From Guillardia theta CCMP2712 (Eukaryota > Protista > Cryptophyta), in contig NW_005434659.1 in the NCBI RefSeq assembly GCF_000315625.1, positions 495,142-559,141 of the forward strand: a stretch of 64,000 bases of DNA, given 5' to 3'. Of this stretch, positions 61,743-64,000 are shown piece by piece. The notes under the pieces are model-generated. The model was not told the DNA's origin. It did not search any database and was given only the letters and a program-made list of their open reading frames with translations. The translations under genes and the position numbers were made by a program. The number at the start of each line of letters is the position of its first letter. Within the stretch, counting starts at the first letter, position 1.

Positions 61743-63440
61743 TTACACTCGATGCCCGCATGCGACAAGCTGCTCCTGCACCTCCCTCGAGATCTGATTC
61801 CCCGTCATGTCCGCCCTCAGCCCTCCAGTGCTCCCGTTGACCATGCGCAGAGCGCCCTCGTCCCCGATGTTGTTCTGCGACAGGACGAGAGCCCTCAACC
61901 TGTGGGGGAGGATGAGCGCATCGCACAGCGCTCGCGCCCCGTCGTCCCGGATGTCGTTGCTCCTCAGGGTCAAGGTCGACAGGCTAGGACAAGCTCTCAT
62001 GAGCTTGGACATGCACCGCATCCCCTGCGCCTCCAGCTGGTTGACGTTGAGTCGCAGCTCCTCTACTCCGCTCCTCTGCGCAGGGTCAGATGCAGGCAGC
62101 CGGCGGGAGCAGGGAAGCACATACCGTCAAGCTCCTGCAGAAGCGCTCCAGCCCTCTGCTTTGCATGGAGTTGTAGCTCAGATCCAGGTACTTGAGGTAG
62201 CGCAACGAGCTCAACACTGCCCCAAGCTCTCCTGCTCCTCGCGCGCCCAGCATGTTTCCTTGCAGCTCCAGTCGCTCGAGGTGACGGCAGGAAGCAAGCT
62301 GGTTGCAGAACTCCTTGGTGTGAGAGTCTCCGATGGAGTTGAAGCTCAGGTTCAACACCCTCAGGCTCGAGCATCGTCCCACCACCCTGGTAAGACTCTG
62401 CAGGCCCGCGCTGCCGATGTTGTTCTCGGCCAGGAGCAGCGACACGATCTCGATCTGGGGCATGCTGCTCAGCGAGTCGACGACTGCGACATTCCCTGCT
62501 GGCCAAGAGAAGTCCGCGAGAGGTTTACCTGCGCTAGAGAGCTGTACTGTTGCAGGATCAGCCCCACCTGCTTCACTTGCGCTGTGCCCAGCTTGGCTTG
62601 ACTGACAGACAAGGACGCAAGCGACTTCCATCCTGTCCTGTGTAGCTCCACAAGCGCTCCAAGCACGCTCTCCACGTTTGCGACGGAGCACTTCACGTCC
62701 ACCGACCCTTTGAACTGCTTCAAGCAGCCTGCCACCCAGAGGCTCGGCACAGTCTCAGCTCGCGCTCTCCCCTGCAGCACCACTCGAGGAGCGAACCTCA
62801 GCGCCATCCTAAGCTGCCGACATGCTGCCATGCCCAACAGTATCCTCTTGGCGGGCCATATGCGGAACAGCAGCTCAGGCTTGAGTGCAGACAGGTTCAC
62901 CTGCGACGCCTCTTGAGCACCGCCCGCCACACATGCGGGAGGAAGAGGGCACGTACCTGGAGGGATGGAGGCTTGTGGTCTCCGACCTGGCCCCTGCCTT
63001 GTCGGGTCTTGGCGATGATTTGCTCGAGGGCGGGCAAGCACTCCACGAGCTCATCCTGTGTCTTGAGGGTCAGCGCGTACACGAGGGACTGGGCGTCACA
63101 ATCGAGCAGCGACTGGTATGTCTGCTTGTTGCTCTCGTTGTCGCTGATGTGATCAGATATGGAAGGAGTTCGATCACTCGTAGTTCGCATGAAGGCACTG
63201 AAGGTCCGCAGGATGGCTGTTTGCTTTGTCGGGACGGAACTCGCATCTCTCTGCTCAGTTTGATGTGGAGGGATCATGTGGGACATCGACTTGTTGAAGA
63301 AACTTTGCAGCAGAGCTTGAGGCCTGACCTTGTCAGATCTGTCGAGGCGACGAACGTGTTCGCGCTTGTTCGGTTCTTCATCAAGGAGTCCCAAAAGCTT
63401 TAGCGAGACTTGTTGAGAAACGCTAGACCTCCGCCGTTGA
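61743..63440 (-). CDS. RI-like leucine-rich repeat protein with F-box-like segment (5' partial)
   Basis: LRRs such as LRVLNLSFNSIGD, LERLELQGNMLGARGA, LSTLTLRSNDIRDDGA, LRALVLSQNNIGDEGA; LSALKPELLFRIW...ACRQLR is F-box-like. Confidence 0.85.
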
Positions 63441-63619
63441 GGAACTTGTCGAACTGCGACAAGAAAGGTAAACCAGCAGGAGCCCTGCTCCCTCCCCTCC
63501 TACGCACATCACACCACATGGAACACGTCGTGAATGCATGATTACCAGTTGAAGTCTGATCCATCCCCTGTCCTCCCACATCATCTCCCCTTTCTCGTTG
63601 AATTCTCTTTCCTCTTTTA

Positions 63620-64000
63620 CTCTCATCTCATCTACCCTCATCCCATCCTATCATCTCTATGACCCTGCTCTGCTCTGCTCATCGCTATTTTCTCATCTCA
63701 TCTACTGTCATCTACTCTACTCTCATCTCATCTACTCTTCTCTACTCTTCTCTACTCTTCTCTACTCTCATCTCATCTCAGCTATTGTTCTCTCATCTCA
63801 TCTCATCTACTCTCATCTCATCTCCTCTACTCTACTCTACTCTCATCTCATCTACTCTCATCTCACTTCATCTACTCTCATCTCATCTCATCTACTCTTC
63901 TCTACTCTTCTGTCACTTACTCTCATCTCATCTTATCTCATCTACTCTCATCTCGTCGCATTCCATCTCATCTACTCTTCTCTACTCTTCTCTACTCTCA
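63620..64000. repeat. Low-complexity (CTCAT/CTACT/CTCTT)n pentamer array
   Basis: Mixed pentamer units running to the window end. Confidence 0.92.

Overview
Gene-dense eukaryotic nuclear DNA with many short (~42-60 nt) GT-AG and some GC-AG introns, plus two 100-N assembly gaps. Short introns, bipartite signal+transit-like leaders and RWP-RK/HA-repeat genes suggest a secondary red-plastid alga, most likely a cryptophyte such as Guillardia theta (inference). About 24 protein-coding genes were reconstructed by hand-splicing. They include a CaMK-like kinase, an RWP-RK factor, an HA-repeat protein, an M41/VIR3-like metalloprotease, a bHLH-PAS factor, cytosolic ThrRS, RWDD1/Gir2, bL36, a SPRY-like protein, a probably plastid-targeted Mfd, a large Cys-rich receptor-like RING-H2 protein and an LRR protein. 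No rRNA, tRNA, CRISPR array or intact transposon was recognised. The top finding is a PknB-like Ser/Thr kinase (10316-12779, minus) whose activation loop, between DFG and GTYAYMSPE, carries a complete calmodulin-like two-EF-hand lobe. Other notable items: a 3-hydroxyacyl-CoA-dehydrogenase Rossmann domain with altered catalytic residues fused to a RING E3 domain; a single-chain ectodomain-TM-RING-H2 receptor ligase; an Mfd lacking both its UvrA-recruiting and autoinhibitory domains; an AFF4-CHD-like domain; and an orientation-dependent layout of two kinds of intergenic motif mosaic. Family calls are by motif recognition, not database search.
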